Positions 9,973 to 19,595 of a DNA stretch of 64,000 bases are shown in pieces. Origin of the DNA: Bacillota bacterium (GTDB taxonomy: Bacteria > Bacillota > Clostridia > Acetivibrionales > DTU013); NCBI GenBank assembly GCA_023412665.1, contig JAEZCA010000059.1, positions 5,163-69,162 of the forward strand, given 5' to 3'. The position numbers were made by a program, and so were the translations under genes. How positions within the stretch are numbered: the stretch's first letter is position 1; each line of letters begins with the position of its first letter. Under the pieces are notes generated by a model. The model made no database searches, was not told where the DNA came from, and was given only the letters and a program-made list of their open reading frames with translations.

Positions 9973-11889
9973 TCAGAAAATGGAGTATATATCTGAGAAC
10001 TCTATATTGATTCTTTCGACATGGCTTCTGTTAATGTAAACAGACTGGCTTTTCGCTTCCTCCCCGTCTATTTCCCTGCATGGCAGCTCAATAATGAATT
10101 CCGAGCCGTTTCCGACCTTGCTGACCACCCTGATACTTCCCCCAAGCAGTTCCACGAGGTTTTGAGTAAGTGACAGGCCTATACCGCTGCCCTCATGGTC
10201 ACGGGTAAGGGAGCTGTTTACCTGTCTGAATCTCTCAAAAATGATAGCCTGTTTATCTTCAGGGATACCTATACCGGTATCCTTTACCGATATTTCGACA
10301 CTTTGACCCATGTCATGGATGTTCACAGTAATCACGCCATTCTGCTTTGTGAATTTCACGGCATTCGACAAGAGATTGAGCATGATCCTTTCGATCTTGT
10401 CCGCGTCTACAGCAATTATCTTTTCTTCCACGTCGGTATCAAATATGAGCTCTATCCCCTTGTTTTCAGTAAAATCCGCAACAGATAATGTTATATCCTC
10501 CACTATCTCCACAATATTGTAATATTGCAGATTAATCTCATAGAATCCGGTATCAAGCCTCGTCATATCGATAAGGTTGTTGGTAAGTCTCAACAATCTG
10601 AAGCAATTCTGTTTCATGCTGCCAAGATATTTTTTTATTCTGCCGCTAATCTCACCTTCATGTTTTTCCATCTTCAAAAGATCCAACAGTTGTAAGGTAC
10701 CCAGAATGACATTCAAAGGTGTGCGGAATTCATGGGATATATTTGCGAAGAACTCATTTTTCAGTTCATCATATTTCTGAGTTTCCAAAAGTAGTCTCTC
10801 ATTCAGCTCAGACCCAAGCCTGAGAGCCTCCAGCATTTTCTCCTTTTCCGTTATATCGCGTATGTACCAGACCCTTCCATATTCCTCGCTGAAGTACAGT
10901 ATCGGCACTGTGTATATATCCAGTATGGTTCCGTTTTTCAGCCTGATTTTTTCGAAGCAGGCATTTTCGGCATTTAAAAAGGTATCGACCATCTTCTCCC
11001 TTAATTCCGTTTCATCGCTTACAGTATTGATAAAGTACTGAAATATACGCATTCCATCCCTGAACTTAATAATATCGGCTGTCAGTCCCAGCATTTCGAT
11101 GGATTTTTGATTATAGCACAATATCCTGTTATTCTTGTCAATTACAATTATACCATCGATGGATGTCTCCAGCTGAGCCCTCAAAACAGCGTTGCTTCTG
11201 ATCAACAATGTGGAAAGGCTGTTCAGTTCCAAATTCTTTTCAAGTATGAGCTTCCTGTCCATAAAGCTTATTTTGTAGCTTGTAACAATTACTGCAGAAT
11301 AAATTACCGCCAGAATCAGCAGTGTGGTAAGAAAGGACAAATAGGCGCTAAGCCTTTGCGTATCCATACTAGAGTTTATAATGACAACCGCGTAGATTAC
11401 AGAAGATAAAATATAGATTATATAGTCTGCAAAGCTGTCCATGATTATCAGAGATGCTATACCAAACATCGATATAATAAAGGAAAAAGGCGGTAAGACT
11501 GTACTTCTGGCGGAGGCAACTGCACTCAGGCTCATGGTGGCCGTCAGCATAATGATGTGCACTGCCTTGTACAGCTTCACATTACCGGCATTAATAATTC
11601 TCTTGCCTGAACTGGTAAATGCCAGAAAAAGAACGGGAATGATAAAAAATGTGTAATGAAAAAAATCAAACTTCTCGAATATATTTACATTTCTCGTCCA
11701 AAACCGTGACTCAGCCACATTAAATAAAAACAGAACAAGATTAATAATTATCAGTATCAGCGCAAGTATCCTGTCACGTTCTATATTGGCAGATACCACA
11801 TCCAATTTGAATTCTGCAAGATACTCCTCCGGGATCTTTGCCTTGCTTGGCATCATAACCCGTACAATACTGTTTTTCAGGTTTTTCAT
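9973..11889 (-). CDS. membrane sensor histidine kinase (multi-TM, PAS, HisKA, HATPase_c), with no cognate regulator adjacent
   Basis: About 6 hydrophobic helices at the N-terminus. H-box FFANISHEFRTPLN, N-box LLSNAVKFT, and G-boxes DTGIGI / GSGIGLSL. Confidence 0.85.
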   Translation of the reverse strand: MKNLKNSIVRVMMPSKAKIPEEYLAEFKLDVVSANIERDRILALILIIINLVLFLFNVAESRFWTRNVNIFEKFDFFHYTFFIIPVLFLAFTSSGKRIINAGNVKLYKAVHIIMLTATMSLSAVASARSTVLPPFSFIISMFGIASLIIMDSFADYIIYILSSVIYAVVIINSSMDTQRLSAYLSFLTTLLILAVIYSAVIVTSYKISFMDRKLILEKNLELNSLSTLLIRSNAVLRAQLETSIDGIIVIDKNNRILCYNQKSIEMLGLTADIIKFRDGMRIFQYFINTVSDETELREKMVDTFLNAENACFEKIRLKNGTILDIYTVPILYFSEEYGRVWYIRDITEKEKMLEALRLGSELNERLLLETQKYDELKNEFFANISHEFRTPLNVILGTLQLLDLLKMEKHEGEISGRIKKYLGSMKQNCFRLLRLTNNLIDMTRLDTGFYEINLQYYNIVEIVEDITLSVADFTENKGIELIFDTDVEEKIIAVDADKIERIMLNLLSNAVKFTKQNGVITVNIHDMGQSVEISVKDTGIGIPEDKQAIIFERFRQVNSSLTRDHEGSGIGLSLTQNLVELLGGSIRVVSKVGNGSEFIIELPCREIDGEEAKSQSVYINRSHVERINIEFSDIYSIF

Positions 11890-11937
11890 ATTATCACCAG
11901 TCAGCGGTCGTCATATTTTCATGTTCTTTTACATATT

Positions 11938-12747
11938 TTACACCCACTTTAATCTGCTGGCAATACTGGCTTTCTTACCCTTAAGTAAGCATATTATTTC
12001 ACAGGCTGCATCAATAGCAGAGTGAAGAGAGGTCAGCAGAGTATCTGTGAAGCACAGATAACCCCTTTCCTCATCTGTCTCAGGAGAATCCAGTATTTCC
12101 TTCAGGCCGTCTGTCGAACCTGATTCCAGCTTTTGAACTGCTCTGAGTATAGCCATGTTGCTATAATTTGATCGTCTTAGTGCACGGATGACCCTGAGTT
12201 TGTTTATCTCATCCGTGCCATAAATCCTGTAACCATTCCGGGGATCGCGGGGTATGTCTATGAGTCCGTTCCTTTCCCAGTCTCTCAATATGTCTGCAGT
12301 AACATTCAGCAGCTTTGCCACTTCCTTTCTTGATAATACAACAGCAGAGGCAGCATTTGTCTTTGGAATGGGCTGAAAATCGACGCTATTGAAAGCATCG
12401 CGGCTGCCCCATTCCTCAAGAAAGCGCTCCGCTTCCTCCGCCTGGCGGCATTCATTCTGAAGCAGCACCTTTAATCTTTCGGCGCTGTCCAATGCTTCAG
12501 AATAACTGCCGCGGGCAGACAATGTAATGACCTCATACGCCGTATGCTTGATTTCTCTACTGAACACAGTACACTTTAACACAAGCCGTATAAGCTTCAC
12601 CTGGTCCATATGGTCCTGGGTAAAAAGTCTATAGCCCGAAGGACTGCGCGGCACTTCGGGAAGAAGGCCCCACTCTTCATAAAGCCTTATGGTATTAGGG
12701 TGAAGATCCACTGCTTTTGCAATTTCGGACGTTTTATAATACTTCAT
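11938..12747 (-). CDS. MerR-family regulator with two tandem MerR-type HTH domains
   Basis: Two copies of the MerR N-terminal pattern: YKTSEIAKAVDLHPNTIRLYEEWGLL..SGYRLFTQDHMDQVKLIR and LSRKEVAKLLNVTADILRDWERNGLI..NGYRIYGTDEINKLRVIRALR. Confidence 0.75.
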   Translation of the reverse strand: MKYYKTSEIAKAVDLHPNTIRLYEEWGLLPEVPRSPSGYRLFTQDHMDQVKLIRLVLKCTVFSREIKHTAYEVITLSARGSYSEALDSAERLKVLLQNECRQAEEAERFLEEWGSRDAFNSVDFQPIPKTNAASAVVLSRKEVAKLLNVTADILRDWERNGLIDIPRDPRNGYRIYGTDEINKLRVIRALRRSNYSNMAILRAVQKLESGSTDGLKEILDSPETDEERGYLCFTDTLLTSLHSAIDAACEIICLLKGKKASIASRLKWV

Positions 12748-12838
12748 ACAGACCTCTATAACCTACTTTGTATGCACATTTTATCAAACGAAGCTTCAAC
12801 GGGCAAGCTTCTCTAATACTGCTTGTATAGGTGTTGTT

Positions 12839-15478
12839 TTACCCAATGAGCCTCTTCAAATACGAGCCGGTATGAGAACGTTCAGCGCAAGCCACCTGTT
12901 CCGGCGTGCCGCAGGCCATTATCTGCCCGCCGTTTGTGCCTCCCTCGGGTCCGAAATCTATGACCCAGTCCGAGGATTTTATAACATCAAGATTATGTTC
13001 TATTACAACGACTGTATTCCCTGCCTCTACAAGGCACTGCAGCACAGCGATAAGCTTTTTGACATCATGGGGATGGAGTCCTGATGTCGGTTCATCAAGC
13101 ATGTAAAGCGTATGGCCCTTGCTTTTTCTGGATAACTCCTTAGCGAGCTTTATCCTCTGCGCTTCTCCTCCCGAGAGGGTCGTGGCAGCCTGGCCCAGTT
13201 TCAGATAACCAAGACCCACTTCAATAAGCAAACCGAGCTTATCCGAGACCTGCGCTTCTGCCCTGAATAAATCAAAGGCCTCACGGATCGACATGTTTAA
13301 AACATCAGAAATGCTGCAGCCGTTATATTTAACATCAATCACCTCACGTTTGAATCTTGCTCCCCTGCACACGGGACAGACTACCTGGACCTCCGGTAAA
13401 AAATGCATCTTTATCGACAGAATACCCGCACCCTGGCACTTTTCGCATCTGCCGCCGGGCACATTGAATGAAAAATCCCTGGGCTGCAGCCTGTGCTTCT
13501 TTGCATCAGGCAGTCCGGCGTATACAGCTCTGATCGCAGTGAATATATCGGTATACGTTGCGGCATTTGATCTGGGAATCCTTCCGATAGGAGTCTGATC
13601 GATGGTGATCACCTTGTCAATGTTCTCCCAGCCGGTTATGCGCTCATGTCTGCCCGGCATGTCTCCGGCGCCGTAATACCGCTGTGATGCAGCTTTATCC
13701 ACTATATCGAAAAGCAGTGTGGATTTTCCGGAACCTGATACACCAGTCAGCGCTACCATCATTCCAAGAGGTATCTCGACCCTCAGATCCTTGAGATTGT
13801 GCTCTTTGGCACCTGCTATGACAAGGGCGGCGCCAGCTGGCATTCTTCTTTCCGCCGGTATCGGTATACTGTCAGTTCCTGCGAGGAATTTTCCCGTTAT
13901 CGAACCGGTACAGTCGGCCACTTCAGCCGGAGTACCGTCTGCCACCAGACAGCCCCCATCCTTTCCCGCTCCGGGTCCTATGTCAATGATGTGATCCGCA
14001 GCTCTCATCATCTCAATGTCATGTTCTATTACAAGTACGGTATTCCCCATGTCTCTGAGCTGCTTCAGTACGCCGATCAATCTGTCGGTATCACGGGGAT
14101 GCAGACCTGTAGTCGGTTCATCCAGTACGTAAAGCACCCCTGTAAGCCCTGAACCAAGAAGCGACGCTAGCCTGAGTCTCTGAGCCTCTCCTCCCGAAAG
14201 CGATACTGCGGACCTTTCCATGGAGAGGTAACCAAGTCCCACATCCAAAAGCCTCCTTATCCTGCCGGCCAGATCATCCAATACAGGCTGAAGTATGAGC
14301 AGTCCGGCTTCCGATGTATTGAGAGGAAGCATATACATCCAATTGTCAAGCTCCTCCAGCGACTTTTTCGACAGTTCAGTGATTGTTTCGCCAGCGACGG
14401 TTATGCTCCTGCTTTCCGCCTTCAGCCTTGCTCCGCCGCATTCCGGGCAGGTATGCCTGATAAAAAATTTCTCCAGCTTCTCTCTGGTTGCATCCTCCAT
14501 ATCATGGTCGGCATACTTTCTGAGCATATTAGTGATAATGCCTTCGAACTTGCCCTTGTAAGCATTTGTCGGAGGCTGTTTATCCGGGTAATGCCTCCTG
14601 AATTCCTGGCTGTTGACGCCATGGAGCAGCAGATCCCTCTGGATCTGATCATAATCGGATATCCTTCTGTCGGGATCAAAGTCAAATCCATAGTATTCAC
14701 CTGCGGTTTTCAGTGCAGTTGTATAAAATGAGACAAGGGACTTGTCCCAACTCGATACCGCACCTTCGCTTATGCTTTTGCTTTCGTCAAGTATCGCTGA
14801 AATATCAGGCTTGCTGACTACTCCAAGGCCGGTGCAGGCAGGGCAGGCTCCATTGGGCTTATTGAAGGAGAAGTCGGCCATTGTGAGCTCAGGCAGCACA
14901 TTACCGCATTTTGCACACTTTGCGGTGCCGGCCTGATCAGCGGTATCATCAGGACTGCTTATGAACTGCTGGTCTTCGTCACCATCCCACAAGTCGATAT
15001 CCGACCGGTGATCATCCTCAAACAACGGCCTGATGATTTCACCACAGTACGGGCATGGTCTTTCCCCCAGCTTTGCGTATATGAGCCGCAGGTATGTGAA
15101 CACTTCGGTAACCGTTCCGACAGTTGAACGGGGATTCCTGTTGGTCAGATGCTGATCGACACTGATAGAAGGCGACAGTCCAACAATGCTGTCGACTTTT
15201 GGCTTGCTGACAAAGTCGGTCACCATGCCGAGGGATGCCATATACTGGCGCTGGCATTCCTTCTGCAATGTATCGAAGGCCAGTGTCGATTTGCCGGACC
15301 CTGATATGCCGGTCAATACCACAAGCTTGTTTTTGGGGATCTTCAGTGATATGTTTTTAAGATTGTTTTCCCTCGCACCCCTGATTTCAATAAAACGAGG
15401 CGAGTTATATTCCCCGTCTCGTTGAAACGCGTGGAGGTAAGAAAAATCTTCTTTTGACGATGCGCTATAATTATCCAT
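12839..15478 (-). CDS. UvrA paralogue (class II, UvrA2-like) lacking the UvrB-binding domain
   Basis: Two ABC modules (GISGSGKST and GVSGSGKST; LSGGEAQR twice). Zn modules CPYC..CAKC, CPAC and CEKC..CPVC. The first two CxxC pairs are only about 45 aa apart and joined by an acidic linker. In canonical UvrA a domain of about 130 aa sits there. Confidence 0.8.
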   Translation of the reverse strand: MDNYSASSKEDFSYLHAFQRDGEYNSPRFIEIRGARENNLKNISLKIPKNKLVVLTGISGSGKSTLAFDTLQKECQRQYMASLGMVTDFVSKPKVDSIVGLSPSISVDQHLTNRNPRSTVGTVTEVFTYLRLIYAKLGERPCPYCGEIIRPLFEDDHRSDIDLWDGDEDQQFISSPDDTADQAGTAKCAKCGNVLPELTMADFSFNKPNGACPACTGLGVVSKPDISAILDESKSISEGAVSSWDKSLVSFYTTALKTAGEYYGFDFDPDRRISDYDQIQRDLLLHGVNSQEFRRHYPDKQPPTNAYKGKFEGIITNMLRKYADHDMEDATREKLEKFFIRHTCPECGGARLKAESRSITVAGETITELSKKSLEELDNWMYMLPLNTSEAGLLILQPVLDDLAGRIRRLLDVGLGYLSMERSAVSLSGGEAQRLRLASLLGSGLTGVLYVLDEPTTGLHPRDTDRLIGVLKQLRDMGNTVLVIEHDIEMMRAADHIIDIGPGAGKDGGCLVADGTPAEVADCTGSITGKFLAGTDSIPIPAERRMPAGAALVIAGAKEHNLKDLRVEIPLGMMVALTGVSGSGKSTLLFDIVDKAASQRYYGAGDMPGRHERITGWENIDKVITIDQTPIGRIPRSNAATYTDIFTAIRAVYAGLPDAKKHRLQPRDFSFNVPGGRCEKCQGAGILSIKMHFLPEVQVVCPVCRGARFKREVIDVKYNGCSISDVLNMSIREAFDLFRAEAQVSDKLGLLIEVGLGYLKLGQAATTLSGGEAQRIKLAKELSRKSKGHTLYMLDEPTSGLHPHDVKKLIAVLQCLVEAGNTVVVIEHNLDVIKSSDWVIDFGPEGGTNGGQIMACGTPEQVACAERSHTGSYLKRLIG

Positions 15479-15686
15479 ATTGCCTCCTTACAGCTTCATG
15501 CTCTGATTTTTGTCCTATTAAAAAATATTTACGAACCGAATAGCTCAAAGACATTTTACTACAGCCGGATAACCCTGGAGTAATGATGGAGGGTTTGCAA
15601 CATGAAAATTAGTCCTAGGCCTCGGCATGGAGGGAGTTCGCATACTTCTGAGACAGACAGATTGATGGATTTTTAACTATGGGCAG

Positions 15687-15724
15687 AAAGGGACTGCCGC
15701 TTTACTATCTGCAGCAGTCCCTTT
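15687..15724 (-). terminator. hairpin after the vWA gene (weak U-tail)
   Basis: AAAGGGACTGC-16 nt-GCAGTCCCTTT. The tail on the minus strand is only UUUC. Confidence 0.4.
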
Positions 15725-15769
15725 ATTAAGCCATTCCATTTCTAACATAAATTTTGTAATAGCGCATCG

Positions 15770-16432
15770 TTATTTCATATTCTTTCCCCTGCGGATGAAG
15801 TCCTTGTCTATCTCTTCCTTCCAGTCATCGGATATACTGCACGCACGGAACGCACTTACAGCTTCACTGACCACCTTGTAGTTAAGGTTTGTGCCCTCGC
15901 TGTCGCTGACGAAGTTGGCAGCCCTGTCAGCACCGATACCGAAGCTGGCAGCTGTTGAAATGGCATCGATGTTGGCACCGAGGAATATGAACTCCCACCC
16001 ATACATCTTCTTTTGATTTTCGACCATGCCTCTTATCTTTTCAAAGGTATACTCCCGACTGGCATTTTCCATCCCGTCAGTCGTGATGACAAACATGACC
16101 TTGTCAGCTCTGTGCTCCTCGCTGGTCTGCTTTTGCACATTGGCGATCTTGCTGATAGTGTTGCCGATGGCATCTAAAAGAGCAGTACTGCCGCGTACGA
16201 AATACTCTTTTTCAGTAATTGGCCTGATACCCTTGATATCGATCCTGTCATGCAGCAGTTCGTATTTGTCATCAAACAAAACAGTAGTCACCACAGCTTC
16301 TCCCGGCTCATCCTTCTGCTTTTTCAGCATTGAGTTGAAGCCGCCTATAGTGTCACTTTCAAGGCCCGCCATTGAACCGCTCCTGTCAAGTATGAACACC
16401 AATTCAGTAAGGTTTGTTTTCATATCTGTCAT
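15770..16432 (-). CDS. von Willebrand factor A (vWA) domain protein
   Basis: MIDAS motif LDRSGSM, followed by later T and D residues (VITTDGMEN). 220 aa with no signal peptide. Confidence 0.8.
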   Translation of the reverse strand: MTDMKTNLTELVFILDRSGSMAGLESDTIGGFNSMLKKQKDEPGEAVVTTVLFDDKYELLHDRIDIKGIRPITEKEYFVRGSTALLDAIGNTISKIANVQKQTSEEHRADKVMFVITTDGMENASREYTFEKIRGMVENQKKMYGWEFIFLGANIDAISTAASFGIGADRAANFVSDSEGTNLNYKVVSEAVSAFRACSISDDWKEEIDKDFIRRGKNMK

Positions 16433-16500
16433 CCTCCATTCATTTTATGAATTAAGGATAACACCACAGCCTGCTCTGATGGTCGCTTCAGAAGCGACAA

Positions 16501-17649
16501 TCACGCACCCAGCAGATCCTGGTCAAAAGCAAATAGCGCTTCATTTATTTCAAATATGTTATAGTTGCCATCCTGGATGAAATACTCAATAATGACGTCG
16601 AACTTGCTGCTATGTGAAAGAGTATAGCCTGCTCTACCCAACAGATCAAGGGTTTCATCCAGACTGAGCCTGAGCGCTATAGCAAGGGCAATAGCTGTTG
16701 TCTTGCTGGGATTGTAGTCGTTATTGCTGCGTATTTTTGAAAAAAGCCTCCGGTCAATATTTGCCCTTTTATATGTATCTACATCAGTCATTCCCTTTTC
16801 AACAATCAATCTCAGCAGCATCTGAGAAAAAGTCTCATCCAGCTTGTTTACGATATCCTCAAGGCTGCGCCCGCGCTTTTGCATCCCAGGCGCAATCGAA
16901 GAGGGAGCATATATTTTTGCATCTTCATATGACTCTTCAACCGCATATTTCCTATCTGCAGCAAACAGCTTGTCCTCCTCACATGCCTCCTCCTTACATG
17001 GTATGTCCACCTCGTATGACCCAGCATCGTCCACGCTGTATTTTCTCTGGTGTCCGGGCTCGGCTGCCGGAGAAGGCAGGTTTCTGAAGCGTTCTGCCTT
17101 CAAATGCTCTTGGGCATAATTATCGTCGATATATCTCTCTATGGCAGAGAAAAGCTTTTCGCTCAAGGCATAGGCCTTTCTGTCAAAAACCACAAGATAG
17201 ACCTCCATATCATGCTTCAGCAGAAAATCGCCTATTGCAGAAATAGCGATCTGAAGCGCCTGATCCTTTGGATATCCATAAATCCCGGATGAGATGAGCG
17301 GAAATGCAATGGAATTGCAGTCATGCTTCAGTGCAAGCTCCAGTGAGCCGGTATAGCTGTTATAAAGCTTGCGGGCCTCATCATGACCGCCCCCATGCCA
17401 TACCGGACCAACGGCATGTATGATATATTTGGCAGAAAGGCTGTATCCTCCTGTGATTACCGCCTCTCCCGTGTTACAGTGTCCAATTCTGCGGCATTCC
17501 TCCTGCAGCTGTTCTGCTCCTGCCGCCGCAAATATAGCACCGCAAACTCCCCCGCCCATTCTCAGCTCCGAATTGGCGGCATTTACTATCGCATCGGTCT
17601 GCATTTTAGTTATATCATTTCGAACGATCCTCAACGGCATATTGAACAC
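16501..17649 (-). CDS. macro-domain (ADP-ribose binding/hydrolase) protein with C-terminal HTH-like domain
   Basis: N-terminal macro motifs DAIVNAANSELRMGGGVCGAIF and IAFPLISSGIYGYP. An acidic linker follows. The C-terminal roughly 100 aa (TDVDTYKRANIDRRLFSKIRSN..SKTTAIALAIALRLSLDETLDLL) look like an XRE-type HTH. Confidence 0.8.
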   Translation of the reverse strand: MFNMPLRIVRNDITKMQTDAIVNAANSELRMGGGVCGAIFAAAGAEQLQEECRRIGHCNTGEAVITGGYSLSAKYIIHAVGPVWHGGGHDEARKLYNSYTGSLELALKHDCNSIAFPLISSGIYGYPKDQALQIAISAIGDFLLKHDMEVYLVVFDRKAYALSEKLFSAIERYIDDNYAQEHLKAERFRNLPSPAAEPGHQRKYSVDDAGSYEVDIPCKEEACEEDKLFAADRKYAVEESYEDAKIYAPSSIAPGMQKRGRSLEDIVNKLDETFSQMLLRLIVEKGMTDVDTYKRANIDRRLFSKIRSNNDYNPSKTTAIALAIALRLSLDETLDLLGRAGYTLSHSSKFDVIIEYFIQDGNYNIFEINEALFAFDQDLLGA

Positions 17650-17683
17650 TCCCTGATTAGTTTTTACAAATGATACAGTAAAA

Positions 17684-18274
17684 TTACTGTTTGGAATATT
17701 CCATGACTATTCTCTCTTTATAGCCCATCACCATGGCTAACTTTTCCCTGACCCTATGGATCTCTTTGAAGCCGAATTTTTTATAGCATTCCTGAGCACT
17801 CAGGTTTATTTCTGTTACTTCTAGAATATAGTTGGAATAATCAGTCTGCTCGGCAACACCTTTGAGCATGGCTGAAGCAACACCTCTCCTGCGGGCATCC
17901 TCAGCCACAGCAACAAATTCAATGTATCCTGTTGTTTCAGGATATTTTAGCGGAGCTGTAAACTCCGGTTTAAGCACAAAAAAACCAAGCAGCCCTCTAA
18001 TAAGGCCAAGCTTGCTAGTGTATTCCCTGGCGGACACAGAAGCCGCTCGGCCATTGCAATCCGAACATGCAATAACGCCAAGGATTTTTCCGTCTTCTTC
18101 GGCAACAAAGAAACGGTTGATCTCATAACCACTCATCAGCGCATTGGAGACCCTCTCCAGATTGTTAGTAAGGTGGCAGAAATCCTCCCTGAAACCATAC
18201 GCGATTATTCTTGAGATAGCTGCCCTGTCCTTCTCGGAAGCTCTTCTGATCATCACCTTTTCCATTTGCTTCAA
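17684..18274 (-). CDS. GNAT-family N-acetyltransferase
   Basis: Acetyl-CoA motif A: IEFVAVAEDARRRGVASAML. 196 aa. Confidence 0.8.
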   Translation of the reverse strand: MKQMEKVMIRRASEKDRAAISRIIAYGFREDFCHLTNNLERVSNALMSGYEINRFFVAEEDGKILGVIACSDCNGRAASVSAREYTSKLGLIRGLLGFFVLKPEFTAPLKYPETTGYIEFVAVAEDARRRGVASAMLKGVAEQTDYSNYILEVTEINLSAQECYKKFGFKEIHRVREKLAMVMGYKERIVMEYSKQ

Positions 18275-18695
18275 CCCCTCTTGAACTTTAATGGGATCGG
18301 CCTAGCAGTGTCAGTTTCTGAATCAGGCTCCATATACCATATGTGGCTGCATCTGCATTATATCACAAGCTATACCATATTGCATCCGCAAGGGCAGCAT
18401 ACCTATACCAGCATGGATGATTATCTATCTAAGTACAGTAGTTTTGATTTTCCCGGACTGCAGTGTGCAAAAATCAACTCTTCTGGGCGCAAAATACTAT
18501 TCATGAGTCTACATAACTCAATAATAACCGGATTAAATGTCCTAATCATTGAATTTTATCAATAAAATCACTAGAATTTTGCCCATATGACACGTTTTTT
18601 GCACACCCACTGTATATTGACCAATAGTATAGCCCAAGTTTGCCGCCTGGTCTTTAACCCTTCCGCATTGCGTTTTGCGTCCGTAATACGCGTAC

Positions 18696-19595
18696 TTACA
18701 GCCTGGTTGAGATCAGATTGCCAGACTCGTATTTTTCCAGTCCTTTTCTGAAGAAGAGGTATGCCGCCGCAATATAAAGAGCATCTACGGCCAGAAGGAT
18801 CAGCAGGCCGTACCAGCTGAACGAAGATAAAAGCCTTATAGGCATGAAGACTATGAAGCCGGCAGGAATGATGGTATACATGATCAGCTTGATTTCCTTC
18901 CTGTAAATGCTGTCCGGATAAAGTGAAAAATTCAATAGAAACTCCATGACCATCCTCGATATTGTTGAAGAATTTCCAATGAAAAAGGTCAGAGTCCCTG
19001 CGCTGGTCAAAACAGCCCCCATAAGCAGTCCGCCGGCGGCCGTGAATAATATGAACAGCAGCAGCCTCAAGGGGTCAGGACCAAACATGGCAAAAAACAA
19101 AACAAATCCGAATATCAGATCACCCCAGGCAGACAGATCCATCCTCGAGCACTGAACATTCACATAAACATTTTTAGGCTGCAGCAGAAACGTGTCCAGC
19201 TCACCGTTCATTATGACCTCGGGAAGCCTCCTTACATTGCCGAAAACAATGTGGACGGCCCCGAATGTGGACGCAGCCAGCGCCCAAATCAGCATGACCT
19301 CCCTGAAACCATAACCTCCTATGGATGAAACCTTTTGAAATATCACCCACCAGAAGAATATAAAGAAGGCATTGTTCAAAAACATCCCCAGAGCCTGTGT
19401 TATAAAGCTCGCCCTGTATTCCATGGCCGACTGCAGATTGTATTTGAAATACAGTCCGATGAGCTTCAGATGCTTTAATGCAGATGAACCGGAATCAGAT
19501 GATCCCCCTGTCCTAACCGGCTCCTGAGCATTAGCTGCTCCCTGACCTGCTGAACTGTCAGTTTTCAGATCTCTTTTCATGTCATTAACCTCCAT
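18696..19595 (-). CDS. ABC-2 family transporter permease
   Basis: Multi-TM protein. Overlaps the upstream permease by 11 nt. Third gene of the ATPase-permease-permease operon. Confidence 0.7.
   Translation of the reverse strand: MEVNDMKRDLKTDSSAGQGAANAQEPVRTGGSSDSGSSALKHLKLIGLYFKYNLQSAMEYRASFITQALGMFLNNAFFIFFWWVIFQKVSSIGGYGFREVMLIWALAASTFGAVHIVFGNVRRLPEVIMNGELDTFLLQPKNVYVNVQCSRMDLSAWGDLIFGFVLFFAMFGPDPLRLLLFILFTAAGGLLMGAVLTSAGTLTFFIGNSSTISRMVMEFLLNFSLYPDSIYRKEIKLIMYTIIPAGFIVFMPIRLLSSFSWYGLLILLAVDALYIAAAYLFFRKGLEKYESGNLISTRL

Noticed and set aside
15479-15560. LexA (Cheo) box upstream of the uvrA-like gene
   Set aside because: Only a GAAC half-site (ACGAACCGAATAGC) is present, with no GAAC-N4-GTTC palindrome.
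16501-17649. DarG-like antitoxin of a DarT-DarG system
   Set aside because: Neither neighbour resembles DarT. One is a clear GNAT and the other a clear vWA/MIDAS protein.
18266-18565. 99-aa plus-strand ORF in the 420-bp gap
   Set aside because: It has no SD and odd composition. It overlaps the GNAT start and that operon's promoter, and the region looks non-coding.
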